Positions 29,166-38,038 of a DNA stretch of 64,000 nt are shown in pieces. The notes under the pieces are model-generated. The model had not been told where the DNA came from and did no database searches. It was given only the letters and a program-made list of their open reading frames with translations. A program made the translations under genes and the position numbers. The stretch covers positions 352,001 to 416,000 of the forward strand of contig JAWLHY010000001.1 in NCBI GenBank assembly GCA_041690135.1. Direction: 5' to 3'. Positions within the stretch are counted from its first letter, which is position 1. Each line of letters begins with the position of its first letter. The DNA comes from Armatimonadota bacterium. GTDB lineage: Bacteria; Armatimonadota; SYMT01.

Positions 29166-31781
29166 ATGCGCTGCAACACCGCGAGAAACCTGCTGACCCG
29201 GCAACTCCGCGAGACTCTCCCGCCCCTGGAGACGGGGGGACTGGAGGCCCACCTGGCGACCTGTACTGCCTGCCGGCAGGAACGAGACGACCTGCAGCGG
29301 TTCGAGTCCGCGCTGCACACCCTCGGCTCCGCTCCGCCGCTGCCGGCGGTCCGCGTCGATACGGCCGCGATCTTCCAGGGAGAACGAAGGCCGGGGCACT
29401 TTCCCGGGTTGCCGGTGCTCGTGGGAAGCGCGGCCCTGGGAGGGGTGCTGCTCGCCCTGAGCCCACGCCTCTCGCCTCCAGCACCGGGAGCCGGCAACGA
29501 CCCTGGCGCAAGGTTGGGCCGAATAAGCGGCCCCCCAGGGACCCATCCAACGGTGATACCGGACTCCCGCCAGGAGAAACCGGCCCCCGGCATCGTTGGT
29601 TTTGAGGCCCGGGAGCGTGGAACATCGCCTTCACCGCCAAGGCTTGAGGTCGCTCAAGTTGAGAAGGTCGGTCAAGCCGAGAAGGGCGCCCGGGGCAAAA
29701 GGCCGGACCCGACCGGGAAGGATCCGGTCCGCGTCCGTACGCCCGCTCTCATCATGCGGGCAACAACCCCGCCAGCGAAGAGAGCTGCCTCCCGGCCCGG
29801 CTCTCCGGTGATCCCTGAAATGCCCGCCCTGGTCCAGGCCGAAGTACCCCCGGATGCGGTGTTGGCGGTAGCGTTCCAGCAGGCCCGGCCCTCCGTCAGG
29901 GAGACTGGCCCGGTTGCCGCGGCGTTGTTGGATGAGCCGAAGCTGAAGGCGAAGATCACGGTGGAGGAAAAGAACCGGCCGCTGGGAGAGGTGCTCTCGC
30001 GGCTCGGTATCCGCCTGGGGGTCCGGCTCGTGGCCGGTCGGGCGGTCGCGGATGACAAGGTCAGCTTCTTCTTCAAGGAGCGGCCCGCGGGAGAGGTCCT
30101 GACACTGATCGCGCGCCATCTCGATTTCACCTGGACCCGCAGTCGCGGGAAGCTGGAGTTGGACCAGACGCAGGCCAGCCGGCGGCGAGAACAGGTTCTC
30201 CTGCGGAACGAACTGGCGCCCATCGAAGCGCAGTTGGGCCTTGCCGCCCGCCTGATGCAGCGACCGGGTCTCCAGCTTCGCCCGCGCCTGGACGAGTTGG
30301 AGAAACAACTGGCCGACGTTGGTTTGGCGCCGGTGGACCGCGCACGGCTCCTGGCGGAGAAGCAGATCACGCTGGATGTGATGCTCTCTCCGGCAACGGT
30401 CGACGCATCGCTGGCGATCTTTCGCTCGCTCACCCCGGCGCAGATCGACGCACTCCTCGCCGGCACCGAGATCCGCTACTCCACGGCGACGGGCACGATG
30501 CCGGAGTCTGTTGCCGAGAAGGTGCACGCGTCCACGTCTCTCCTGGAGAGCCGCTATGGTCCACTGCCGCGCCTCCAGGCCGACGCGACGGTGCGGGTGA
30601 CCGATGTGGAGGATCAGGATGAGGTGCCGCCGCCTCGCTCCCGTCGCCACCTGCGCCTGGAGTGCCGTTTCTCTACGGTGCGCGGCACGCGGCAGGACCC
30701 GCACTATTGGGGCTCGCGCTGGTCGCCCACGCTGCCCGCCGCGGACGCCGGCCCGGATAAAACGCTGGGTGCGATCGATCGAGACCCGGACCTGAACCGG
30801 GAAGTGGACCTGGAGTTGCCCGGCCCAGTGCGCCAACCCCTGGCCATCTTCGGGGGCGGTCCCCTGATGGCGGCGCATCTCGGCGCCGTCTGGCCCGAAC
30901 AGGCGACCCTGGCGGACGTTGCTGGTGCGATCCACCGGTCGACCGGCCTCGAAATGCTGGCGGACAGCTTCATCTCGGCCCGGTTGGACCCCTCTCTGCT
31001 CCGCGGCAAGAAGCCCCTGGCCCAGGTCCTGGAGAAGGTGGGGCAGGAGCTGGACTACGACTGGGAGAAGCGGGGCCGCCTGCTCTTCTTCCGGAACCGG
31101 CGTTACTATCGGGACCGGTCGGCCGAAGTCCCGGAGCGGGTTCTGAAGCCGTTTCGGGAGGAAGTCCTGCGGGAGAAGGCGCTCTCACTCGACGCCCTGG
31201 CCAGCCTCGCGGCCGGGCTCTCCGACGCCCAAGTCCGCGGTATGTGGCACTACTGGGGCTGGTATCTCGAGAAGACCGGCATCCTGCCGACGGAGTATCT
31301 CTTCCCGCACCGCCAGCACCTGCGGTTCTGGGCCAGCCTGGCTCCGATGCAGAAGGCGCAGCTTCGTGCCGGCGCGTCCCTTCCGGCGGCTCAGATGACG
31401 GTCCCGCAGCGCGACCTCTGGATGACCGCTCTCCTTTCACCGCCGGAGAGCGCCAGCACCCCCAGCGACGAACGCCGGCTTCCGACCCCGGAAGAAGCGG
31501 CGGCCGGAGGTTTCCGCTTGAAGCAGGCGGAAGTCCACCAGGTCTTGCTTCTGGGCGCCAGCCCCGACGGAAAACGCCGGCCGGGTGCCGGCATCAACTA
31601 CGAGGGTCCGTTGACGGACCAGACCCGGAAGCTCCTGCTGCGGCCGAGAGGGGAGCTGGAGCTTGCCGGGCCACCGCTCTCCGTGGCGGGCTACACCTTC
31701 GAGTACTTCCTGGGCGGCAAGGAACAACCGGTGCGGAAGACCCGTCTCCTGATCGCCCCACCGCAGCCGGTTGTGAAGTGA
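29166..31781 (+). CDS. Zinc-binding anti-sigma factor (zf-HC2) with TM helix and large extracytoplasmic region with STN-like domains
   Basis: HLATCTAC (HxxxCxxC) motif, single TM, Pro-rich linker; GGAGGAG SD; adjacent to the ECF sigma. Confidence 0.78.
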   Translation: MRCNTARNLLTRQLRETLPPLETGGLEAHLATCTACRQERDDLQRFESALHTLGSAPPLPAVRVDTAAIFQGERRPGHFPGLPVLVGSAALGGVLLALSPRLSPPAPGAGNDPGARLGRISGPPGTHPTVIPDSRQEKPAPGIVGFEARERGTSPSPPRLEVAQVEKVGQAEKGARGKRPDPTGKDPVRVRTPALIMRATTPPAKRAASRPGSPVIPEMPALVQAEVPPDAVLAVAFQQARPSVRETGPVAAALLDEPKLKAKITVEEKNRPLGEVLSRLGIRLGVRLVAGRAVADDKVSFFFKERPAGEVLTLIARHLDFTWTRSRGKLELDQTQASRRREQVLLRNELAPIEAQLGLAARLMQRPGLQLRPRLDELEKQLADVGLAPVDRARLLAEKQITLDVMLSPATVDASLAIFRSLTPAQIDALLAGTEIRYSTATGTMPESVAEKVHASTSLLESRYGPLPRLQADATVRVTDVEDQDEVPPPRSRRHLRLECRFSTVRGTRQDPHYWGSRWSPTLPAADAGPDKTLGAIDRDPDLNREVDLELPGPVRQPLAIFGGGPLMAAHLGAVWPEQATLADVAGAIHRSTGLEMLADSFISARLDPSLLRGKKPLAQVLEKVGQELDYDWEKRGRLLFFRNRRYYRDRSAEVPERVLKPFREEVLREKALSLDALASLAAGLSDAQVRGMWHYWGWYLEKTGILPTEYLFPHRQHLRFWASLAPMQKAQLRAGASLPAAQMTVPQRDLWMTALLSPPESASTPSDERRLPTPEEAAAGGFRLKQAEVHQVLLLGASPDGKRRPGAGINYEGPLTDQTRKLLLRPRGELELAGPPLSVAGYTFEYFLGGKEQPVRKTRLLIAPPQPVVK

Positions 31782-31798
31782 AAAGGAGTGTAACGGCA

Positions 31799-31938
31799 GT
31801 GGGGCGGGCGCCTCGCCCGCCAGAGACTGGGAATCAGCTAGAGAACCCGGCGCAAGTGGGGCGGGCGTCTCGCCCGCCACGGTACCCGTCCTGCATCACA
31901 AAGCTCCCACCCCAGTTGGGCGGACGTCTCGCCCGCTA
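31799..31938 (+). repeat. Three REP-like palindromes GTGGGGCGGGCG(C/T)CTCGCCCGCC
   Basis: Copies at ~31799, 31856 and 31915; related inverted copy at ~61836-61860. Confidence 0.75.
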
Positions 31939-32124
31939 CGGTAGCCGCTGTGCCGAGGATTGAGAACCAGGGAGTAGTTCGATTCGGGCGTGGGGTGAGT
32001 TTTGTGTAGTTCTGTGTAGCAAGCAGCCAGGGGTTTTGTGTATTGTGCGCATATTGTGCTTAGGGTTGGCCCCTTTCGGCGGCGCAGGTCCGACCCATCT
32101 GGCAAGCCTTCGAAAGCAGCACTT

Positions 32125-32313
32125 GTAGGGAGCGTCTTGTACACCCGGCGAAGCATAGGGCCGTAGCGTTCCGCTGTCCTGGGGCCGATCCCGTCTTGCC
32201 AACTCGTAGCCGTCCTGGCTTTGGACTGGTTCGGTTTGGCACAACCGGATCAGCTTCGTTGACTGCGGAATGGAACGGCCCTATCTCCGCCGGGTGTACT
32301 TCGCATTCCCTAC
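32125..32313. repeat. Long-armed inverted repeat with GTAGGG...CCCTAC ends (REPIN-like)
   Basis: Arms share GTACACCCGGCG(A/G)AG...TTCCGC; homologous to 53158-53422. Confidence 0.7.
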
Positions 32314-32390
32314 CTTCCGGGGCACCCAGGGCTAGGAGTCTCGCCCGCCACAGTCGGTAACAAATGACCTGCTTGCCGCGCAGGGTCCGT

Positions 32391-32819
32391 TCAGGCCGCC
32401 GCCTCCTGCTCGATCGCCTCCTTGATCTCATCGGCAGCCTTTTCCATTTCCTTCTCCGCCGGGCCCTGCAGCAAGCGGCTCATCAGGCCGGAGATCATCC
32501 CTTCGGGCTGGTAGGTGCCGAAGTACTCGACCCGAGTCCGGCCGTCGCCCAGGTCCTCGAACCGGATCTCGTCCGTGAACTCCGGACCGGTAACGCTGCG
32601 CCACACCAGCAGCCGGTTCTCCTCGCGCCGGCAAAGCTCCACCTCGCTCTCGACGCGCATGCCTCCCACTTCCATCACCCAGTGGCTCGTGTTCTCGCCG
32701 GTCCGCTCCACCGACTTCACCTGTTCCAGCGTCCGCGCCAGAAACTCATAATCCAGCACCTTCCGGAACACCGTTTCCACCGGCGCGTTGATCACTGCCG
32801 TGTGCTTGAACTCCGCCAT
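32391..32819 (-). CDS. SRPBCC / polyketide cyclase-like protein
   Basis: INAPVETVF...SHWVM...LVWRSVTG...IRFEDLGDGRTRV; GGAGG SD. Confidence 0.85.
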   Translation of the reverse strand: MAEFKHTAVINAPVETVFRKVLDYEFLARTLEQVKSVERTGENTSHWVMEVGGMRVESEVELCRREENRLLVWRSVTGPEFTDEIRFEDLGDGRTRVEYFGTYQPEGMISGLMSRLLQGPAEKEMEKAADEIKEAIEQEAAA

Positions 32820-33143
32820 CTCTCCTCCCTCCCGGCCGGCGCCCGGCTCCCGTGGTATGGGGGATGCCTGTCGGGCCGACAGGAGGACTTTCCCGAAGAA
32901 TCCGGATGCCGAAACGGCAGCCCGGCTCCGCAGCGATGGAGCGGGAATCACCGCGCAGGCAATGTACAATGGTGTGTCGTTCCCAGGAGCCGCCCATCCC
33001 ATGCCCATCCGGTTCTCCCAAACCCCCACACCTCCATACTTCCCTACCGTGCTGCCGAGACTCCACGGAAGCCACCGATTCCCCCAAACCTCCACACTTC
33101 CATACTCCGCCACCTCCCTACCGACCCTGGAAGGAAGTCAACC

Positions 33144-36100
33144 GTGACCTCTCCGCTCGGTCCCAAGAACACGGCGCAATCGGTGCCGGAAGCCATCGCC
33201 GGGTTCCATCCGCCCGTGCAGAGCTGGTTTACCAGCTCCTTTCACGCTCCCACCCGGGCGCAGGAGTTGGCGTGGCCGAACATCCAGTCCGGCCGATCCA
33301 CCCTGATCCTGGCGCCCACCGGGTCCGGCAAGACGCTCGCCGCCTTCCTGGCCGCCATCGACCGGATCATGTTCGAGCCGGTGCCCGACCCGAAGCACCG
33401 CTGCCGGGTGCTCTACATCTCACCGCTCAAGGCGCTGGCGGTCGACGTGGAGCGGAACCTGCGGGCGCCGCTGGTGGGGGTATCGCGGTATGCGGAGCGG
33501 ATGGGGCACCCGTTCCACTCGCCGGAGGTGGCGATCCGCACGGGCGACACGCCGAGCCGGGAGCGGGCGCAGTTCAACCGCCACCCGGCGGATGTCCTGA
33601 TCACCACGCCCGAGTCGCTCTACCTGATGCTGACCAGCAGCGCGCGCGAGGCGCTGCGGTCGGTCCAGTGGGTCATCCTGGACGAGATCCACGCGATGGT
33701 GGGGACGAAGCGCGGCGCCCATCTCGCGCTCTCGCTGGAACGGTTGGAGGAACTGGTAGAGCGACCGCTCCAGCGGATCGGCCTTTCGGCGACGGTTCGC
33801 CCCGTCGATGAAGCGGCGCGGTTCCTGGGCGGCTTTATGCCGGATGCGGAGACGGGACAACTCCTCCCGCGCCCTGTGGTCATCGCGGACGCCGGAAGGG
33901 CCAAGCAGCTCGACCTGCGGGTGGAGGTCGCCGTGGAGGACATGGCGCGCCTGGGTCAGGTGATCGAGATCCCCAGCGGCAACGCCTCCCAGGGGGAGGT
34001 GCGGTCCAGCATTTGGCCCGCCATCCACCCCCTGATCCTGGACCAGATCCGCGCGCACCGGTCCACCCTCATCTTCGTCAACAGCCGCCGTCTCGCGGAG
34101 CGGTTGGCCGCCGCGCTCAATGAGCTGGCGGGCGAGGAGATTGTGCGGGCGCACCACGGCTCCATCGCGCGGGAGCAGCGCGTGGCAATCGAGGACGACC
34201 TGAAAGCGGGACGTCTTCCAGCCCTGGTGGCCACCTCCTCCCTGGAGCTGGGGATCGATATGGGCGCCATCGACCTCGTGATCCAGGTCGAGGCGCCGCC
34301 CAGCGTGGCGAGCGGCATCCAGCGGATCGGGCGCGCCGGGCACCAATTGGGGGCGGCGAGCGAGGGGGTGATCATCCCCAAGTTCCGCGGCGACCTCCTG
34401 GCCTGTGCCGCCCTGACGGAGCGGATGCAGCAAGGTCTCGTGGAGTCCGTGCGCTACCCGCGCAATGCCCTCGACGTGCTGGCGCAGCAACTGGTCGGGA
34501 TGATCTCCCTGGACGAGTGGCGCGTCGACGACCTGGAGCAGGTGGTCCGGCGGGCGGCCCCGTACTCCGAGATGCCCCGCTCCATGCTGGAGGGCGTGCT
34601 CGACATGCTCTCCGGGCGCTATCCCTCGGACGAGTTCGCGGAGCTGCGACCGCGCGTCACCTGGGACCGCCTGGCCAGGGTGGTCCGCTCGCGCGAAGGG
34701 GCCAAGCGTGTGGCCATCACCAACAGCGGCACCATTCCCGACCGCGGCCTCTACGGCGTCTTCCTCACCGCGGGTGCGGAGGATAGCCGCCGCTCGCTCC
34801 GGGTGGGCGAGCTGGACGAGGAGATGGTGTTCGAGAGCCATCCGGGCGACGTTTTCATCCTCGGGGCCAGCACCTGGAAGATCGACTCGATCACGCACGA
34901 CCGCGTCCTCGTCTCTCCCGCACCCGGAGAGGTCGGACGGATGCCGTTCTGGAAGGGCGATGGACCCGGTCGGCCCCTGGAGTTCGGCCGGGCGATCGGC
35001 GCCCTGACCCGCCGCGTCCGCGAGATGCTCGCTCCCGCACCCGCTCCCACCGGCAGCCGGAAGAAGCGGACCGAGACGCCAATTCCGGCCACGATTCCCG
35101 AAGACGCGGTGAAGCTCCTGGTGGAACAGCACGCGCTCACCCCCGGCGCGGCCCGCAACCTCGTCCAGTACCTCCAGGACCAGCAGGAAGCGGCGGGTGC
35201 GCTCCCGGATGACCGGACGATCGTGGTAGAGCGTTACATGGACGAGATGGGCGACTGGCGGGTCTGCATCCTCAGCCCGTTCGGCAGCCGCGTTCACGCC
35301 CCCTGGGCCATGGCGATCGAGGCGATGGTCCGCGAGCGCAGCGACGTGGAGATCGACCTGATGTGGACGGACGACGGCATCGTGGTCCGCTTTCCGGAGG
35401 CCGAGGAGCCGCCGCCGGTGGAGTGGGTCATCCCCGACCCGGACGAGGTAGAGGACCTGGTCGTCCGCCAGCTCGGCATGACCGCCCTGTTCGCAGGGCG
35501 GTTCCGGGAGTCCGCGGCGCGCGCCCTGCTCTTGCCGCGGAAGCACCCCGGCCGGCGGGCGCCGCTGTGGCAGCAGCGGAAGCGGGCCGCGGATCTCCTC
35601 AACGTGGCGGGGGAGTACGGCTCGTTCCCCATCATCCTGGAAACCTACCGCGAGTGCCTGCAGGACGTCTTCGACATGCCGGCGCTGGTGGGCCTGCTGC
35701 GGGAGGTCCAGCAGCGGACGGTCCGCACGGTGGCGGTCACCACCCGGGTGCCGTCGCCCTTCGCCTCCACGCTCCTGTTCAACTACGTCGCCAACTTCAT
35801 CTACGAAGGCGACGCCCCCCTGGCCGAGCGCCGGGCTCAGGCGCTGATGGTGGACCAGAGCCAGCTCCGGGAACTGCTGGGGGAGATCGAGCTGCGGGAA
35901 CTGCTCGATCCCGACGCACTGGAGACCCTGGAACTGGAACTGCAGCTCCTCGCCGAAGGGCGGCGCGCGAAGCACGCGGACGGCCTGCACGACCTCCTCC
36001 TGCGCCTGGGCGATCTCACGCGGGAGGAGGTCCAGGCCCGCTGCGCGGCCGACCCGCCCACGGTGGATGGCTGGCTGCAAGAGCTGGAGCGGGTGCGACG

Positions 36101-37853
36101 GATCATCCGTCTCCCCATGGCCGGGGAAGAGCGGTACGTGGCCGCCGAGGACGCGGGCCGGTACCGGGATGCCCTGGGCATTCCGCCGCCGATCGGGCTG
36201 CCGCATGCCTTCCTCGAGTTCGCACGGGACCCGGTTGGCGACCTGGTGGCGCGCTACGCCCGCACCCACGGTCCCTTCCAGACGGAAGACCTGGCCCGGC
36301 GCCTGGGGCTGGGGATCGGCCCGGCGCAAATGGCCCTGGCGGCGCTGGAAACCGCGGGAAAGGTCCTGCAGGGAGAGTTCCGGCCGGGAGGGTCGGGGCG
36401 GGAGTGGTGCGAGACCGGAGTCCTCCGCACGCTCCGCCAGCGTTCCCTGGCCCGGCTGCGGCAGGAAGTGGAGCCGGTGGATGCCCCCGCCCTGGCCCGC
36501 CTCTACACCGCCTGGCACGGGATTCGGAGCCGACGGCGCGGGCCCGAGGCGCTGCTGGAAGTCGTCGAGCAACTCCAGGGTGCGGCGCTGCCCGCCTCGG
36601 ACCTGGAGAGCCGGATCCTGCCCGCGCGTTTGGCGGAGTACGACCCGCGAGAGCTGGACGAGTTGACGGCCTCCGGCGCCGTCCTGTGGGTGGGGCAGGA
36701 GCCGCTCGGCGAACACGATGGCCGCATCAGCCTCTACCTCACGGAACACGCCGCCCTGCTGCTGCCGGAACGCAAGGAAGTGCCGGACGACCCCGTGCAC
36801 CGGAAGATTCGAGATCATCTGAGCGCTCGCGGCGCCACGTTCTTCGCGCAGATCCTCCAGGCGTGCGGCGGCATGCAGCAGGAAGTGATCGCGGCGCTGT
36901 GGGACCTGGTCTGGGCGGGCGTGGTCACTAACGACACGCTGCAGCCCCTCCGCGCCTTCGCCAGCCCCCGGCGCCGCGCTGCCCGCCGGCTCTCCGGCTA
37001 TCGCGGTCGCGGGCTGGGCACGCGGGCCCTGTTCCCGGCGGAGACCTCCGGTCGGTGGTCGTTGGTCGATAGCTTCCTCTACACCCAACCCAGCCGGACG
37101 GAACGCCTGGCCGCCTATACCCGGCAACTTCTTGACCGGCATGGGGTGCTGACCCGCGAGGCCGCGCACCACGAGGGGATCTCTGGTGGCTTTACGGCCA
37201 TCTATCCGGTCCTGAAGGCGATGGAAGAATCGGGCTCGATCCGGCGCGGCTACTTTGTCTCCGGCTGCGGGGCCACCCAGTTCGCGTTGCCGGGTGCCGT
37301 GGAGCGGCTCCGGGCCCTCCGCCAACCGGGCAGCGAGCGGGAAGACCGGACCGTCCCCCTCACCATACTACTGGGGGCTACCGACCCGGCCAACCCCTAC
37401 GGCGCCGCTCTTCCCTGGCCCCGTCCCGGAGCGCGGGAAGCGGGAGGCCCGCCTGGTGAGAGACAGGCCGGTTCCGAAGCGGGGACCACGGAACCGCAAC
37501 CGACACTATCTAAGGGAAGAGGGAAAGGGACGGATCGCGACGCCCCGGTATCCCGCCGTCCGGCGCGCGCGGCTGGCGCCACGGTGGTGCTGGTAGACGG
37601 CTCTCTGGCCGCCTGGATGGGCCGGGGCGAGCGGAACCTGGTGACGTTCCTGGACCAGGTTCCGGAGTGGGAGCCGGAAGATGTGGCGCTCGAGATCGCT
37701 CGCTGCATGGCGGAGGAAGTTGCCCAGGGCCGGAGGCGCGCCATCTTCATACGGGAGGTGGACGGCCGTCCCGCCCAGGCTACGCCCATGGCCGCGGCGC
37801 TGGTCGCCGAGGGCTTCACCTTCGGACCCCACGGTTATATGAAACGGCTGTGA
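33144..37853 (+). CDS. lhr: Full-length Lhr ATP-dependent helicase with C-terminal winged-helix/glycosylase-like region
   Basis: APTGSGKT, YISPLKAL, TTPESL, DEIH, GLSAT, HHGS, SSLELGID, QRIGRAGH, GELDEEMVFE, ATDPANPYGA. Confidence 0.95.
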   Translation: MTSPLGPKNTAQSVPEAIAGFHPPVQSWFTSSFHAPTRAQELAWPNIQSGRSTLILAPTGSGKTLAAFLAAIDRIMFEPVPDPKHRCRVLYISPLKALAVDVERNLRAPLVGVSRYAERMGHPFHSPEVAIRTGDTPSRERAQFNRHPADVLITTPESLYLMLTSSAREALRSVQWVILDEIHAMVGTKRGAHLALSLERLEELVERPLQRIGLSATVRPVDEAARFLGGFMPDAETGQLLPRPVVIADAGRAKQLDLRVEVAVEDMARLGQVIEIPSGNASQGEVRSSIWPAIHPLILDQIRAHRSTLIFVNSRRLAERLAAALNELAGEEIVRAHHGSIAREQRVAIEDDLKAGRLPALVATSSLELGIDMGAIDLVIQVEAPPSVASGIQRIGRAGHQLGAASEGVIIPKFRGDLLACAALTERMQQGLVESVRYPRNALDVLAQQLVGMISLDEWRVDDLEQVVRRAAPYSEMPRSMLEGVLDMLSGRYPSDEFAELRPRVTWDRLARVVRSREGAKRVAITNSGTIPDRGLYGVFLTAGAEDSRRSLRVGELDEEMVFESHPGDVFILGASTWKIDSITHDRVLVSPAPGEVGRMPFWKGDGPGRPLEFGRAIGALTRRVREMLAPAPAPTGSRKKRTETPIPATIPEDAVKLLVEQHALTPGAARNLVQYLQDQQEAAGALPDDRTIVVERYMDEMGDWRVCILSPFGSRVHAPWAMAIEAMVRERSDVEIDLMWTDDGIVVRFPEAEEPPPVEWVIPDPDEVEDLVVRQLGMTALFAGRFRESAARALLLPRKHPGRRAPLWQQRKRAADLLNVAGEYGSFPIILETYRECLQDVFDMPALVGLLREVQQRTVRTVAVTTRVPSPFASTLLFNYVANFIYEGDAPLAERRAQALMVDQSQLRELLGEIELRELLDPDALETLELELQLLAEGRRAKHADGLHDLLLRLGDLTREEVQARCAADPPTVDGWLQELERVRRIIRLPMAGEERYVAAEDAGRYRDALGIPPPIGLPHAFLEFARDPVGDLVARYARTHGPFQTEDLARRLGLGIGPAQMALAALETAGKVLQGEFRPGGSGREWCETGVLRTLRQRSLARLRQEVEPVDAPALARLYTAWHGIRSRRRGPEALLEVVEQLQGAALPASDLESRILPARLAEYDPRELDELTASGAVLWVGQEPLGEHDGRISLYLTEHAALLLPERKEVPDDPVHRKIRDHLSARGATFFAQILQACGGMQQEVIAALWDLVWAGVVTNDTLQPLRAFASPRRRAARRLSGYRGRGLGTRALFPAETSGRWSLVDSFLYTQPSRTERLAAYTRQLLDRHGVLTREAAHHEGISGGFTAIYPVLKAMEESGSIRRGYFVSGCGATQFALPGAVERLRALRQPGSEREDRTVPLTILLGATDPANPYGAALPWPRPGAREAGGPPGERQAGSEAGTTEPQPTLSKGRGKGTDRDAPVSRRPARAAGATVVLVDGSLAAWMGRGERNLVTFLDQVPEWEPEDVALEIARCMAEEVAQGRRRAIFIREVDGRPAQATPMAAALVAEGFTFGPHGYMKRL

Positions 37854-38038
37854 GGCAACTCACTGCATTGAATGCCGGTTCTTGCTAACCTCAGTTATCC
37901 TGCCCCTACCCCATCGCCCACCGCGGATTCGACCGACTGTACACTCGTCGGGCCGCGGCGGACCCACCGAGCCGGCGGTGCGGGAGCTCCATGGATCACC
38001 GGGTTCCCGCCCGTAAACTGCGGTGCCGAAAACCAACT

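Noticed and set aside
33420-37325. 1301 aa minus-strand ORF and other long antisense ORFs (e.g. 49961-52069, 54518-56272, 59209-61098, 62304-63875)
   Set aside because: Shadow ORFs opposite well-supported genes, expected from high-GC codon bias
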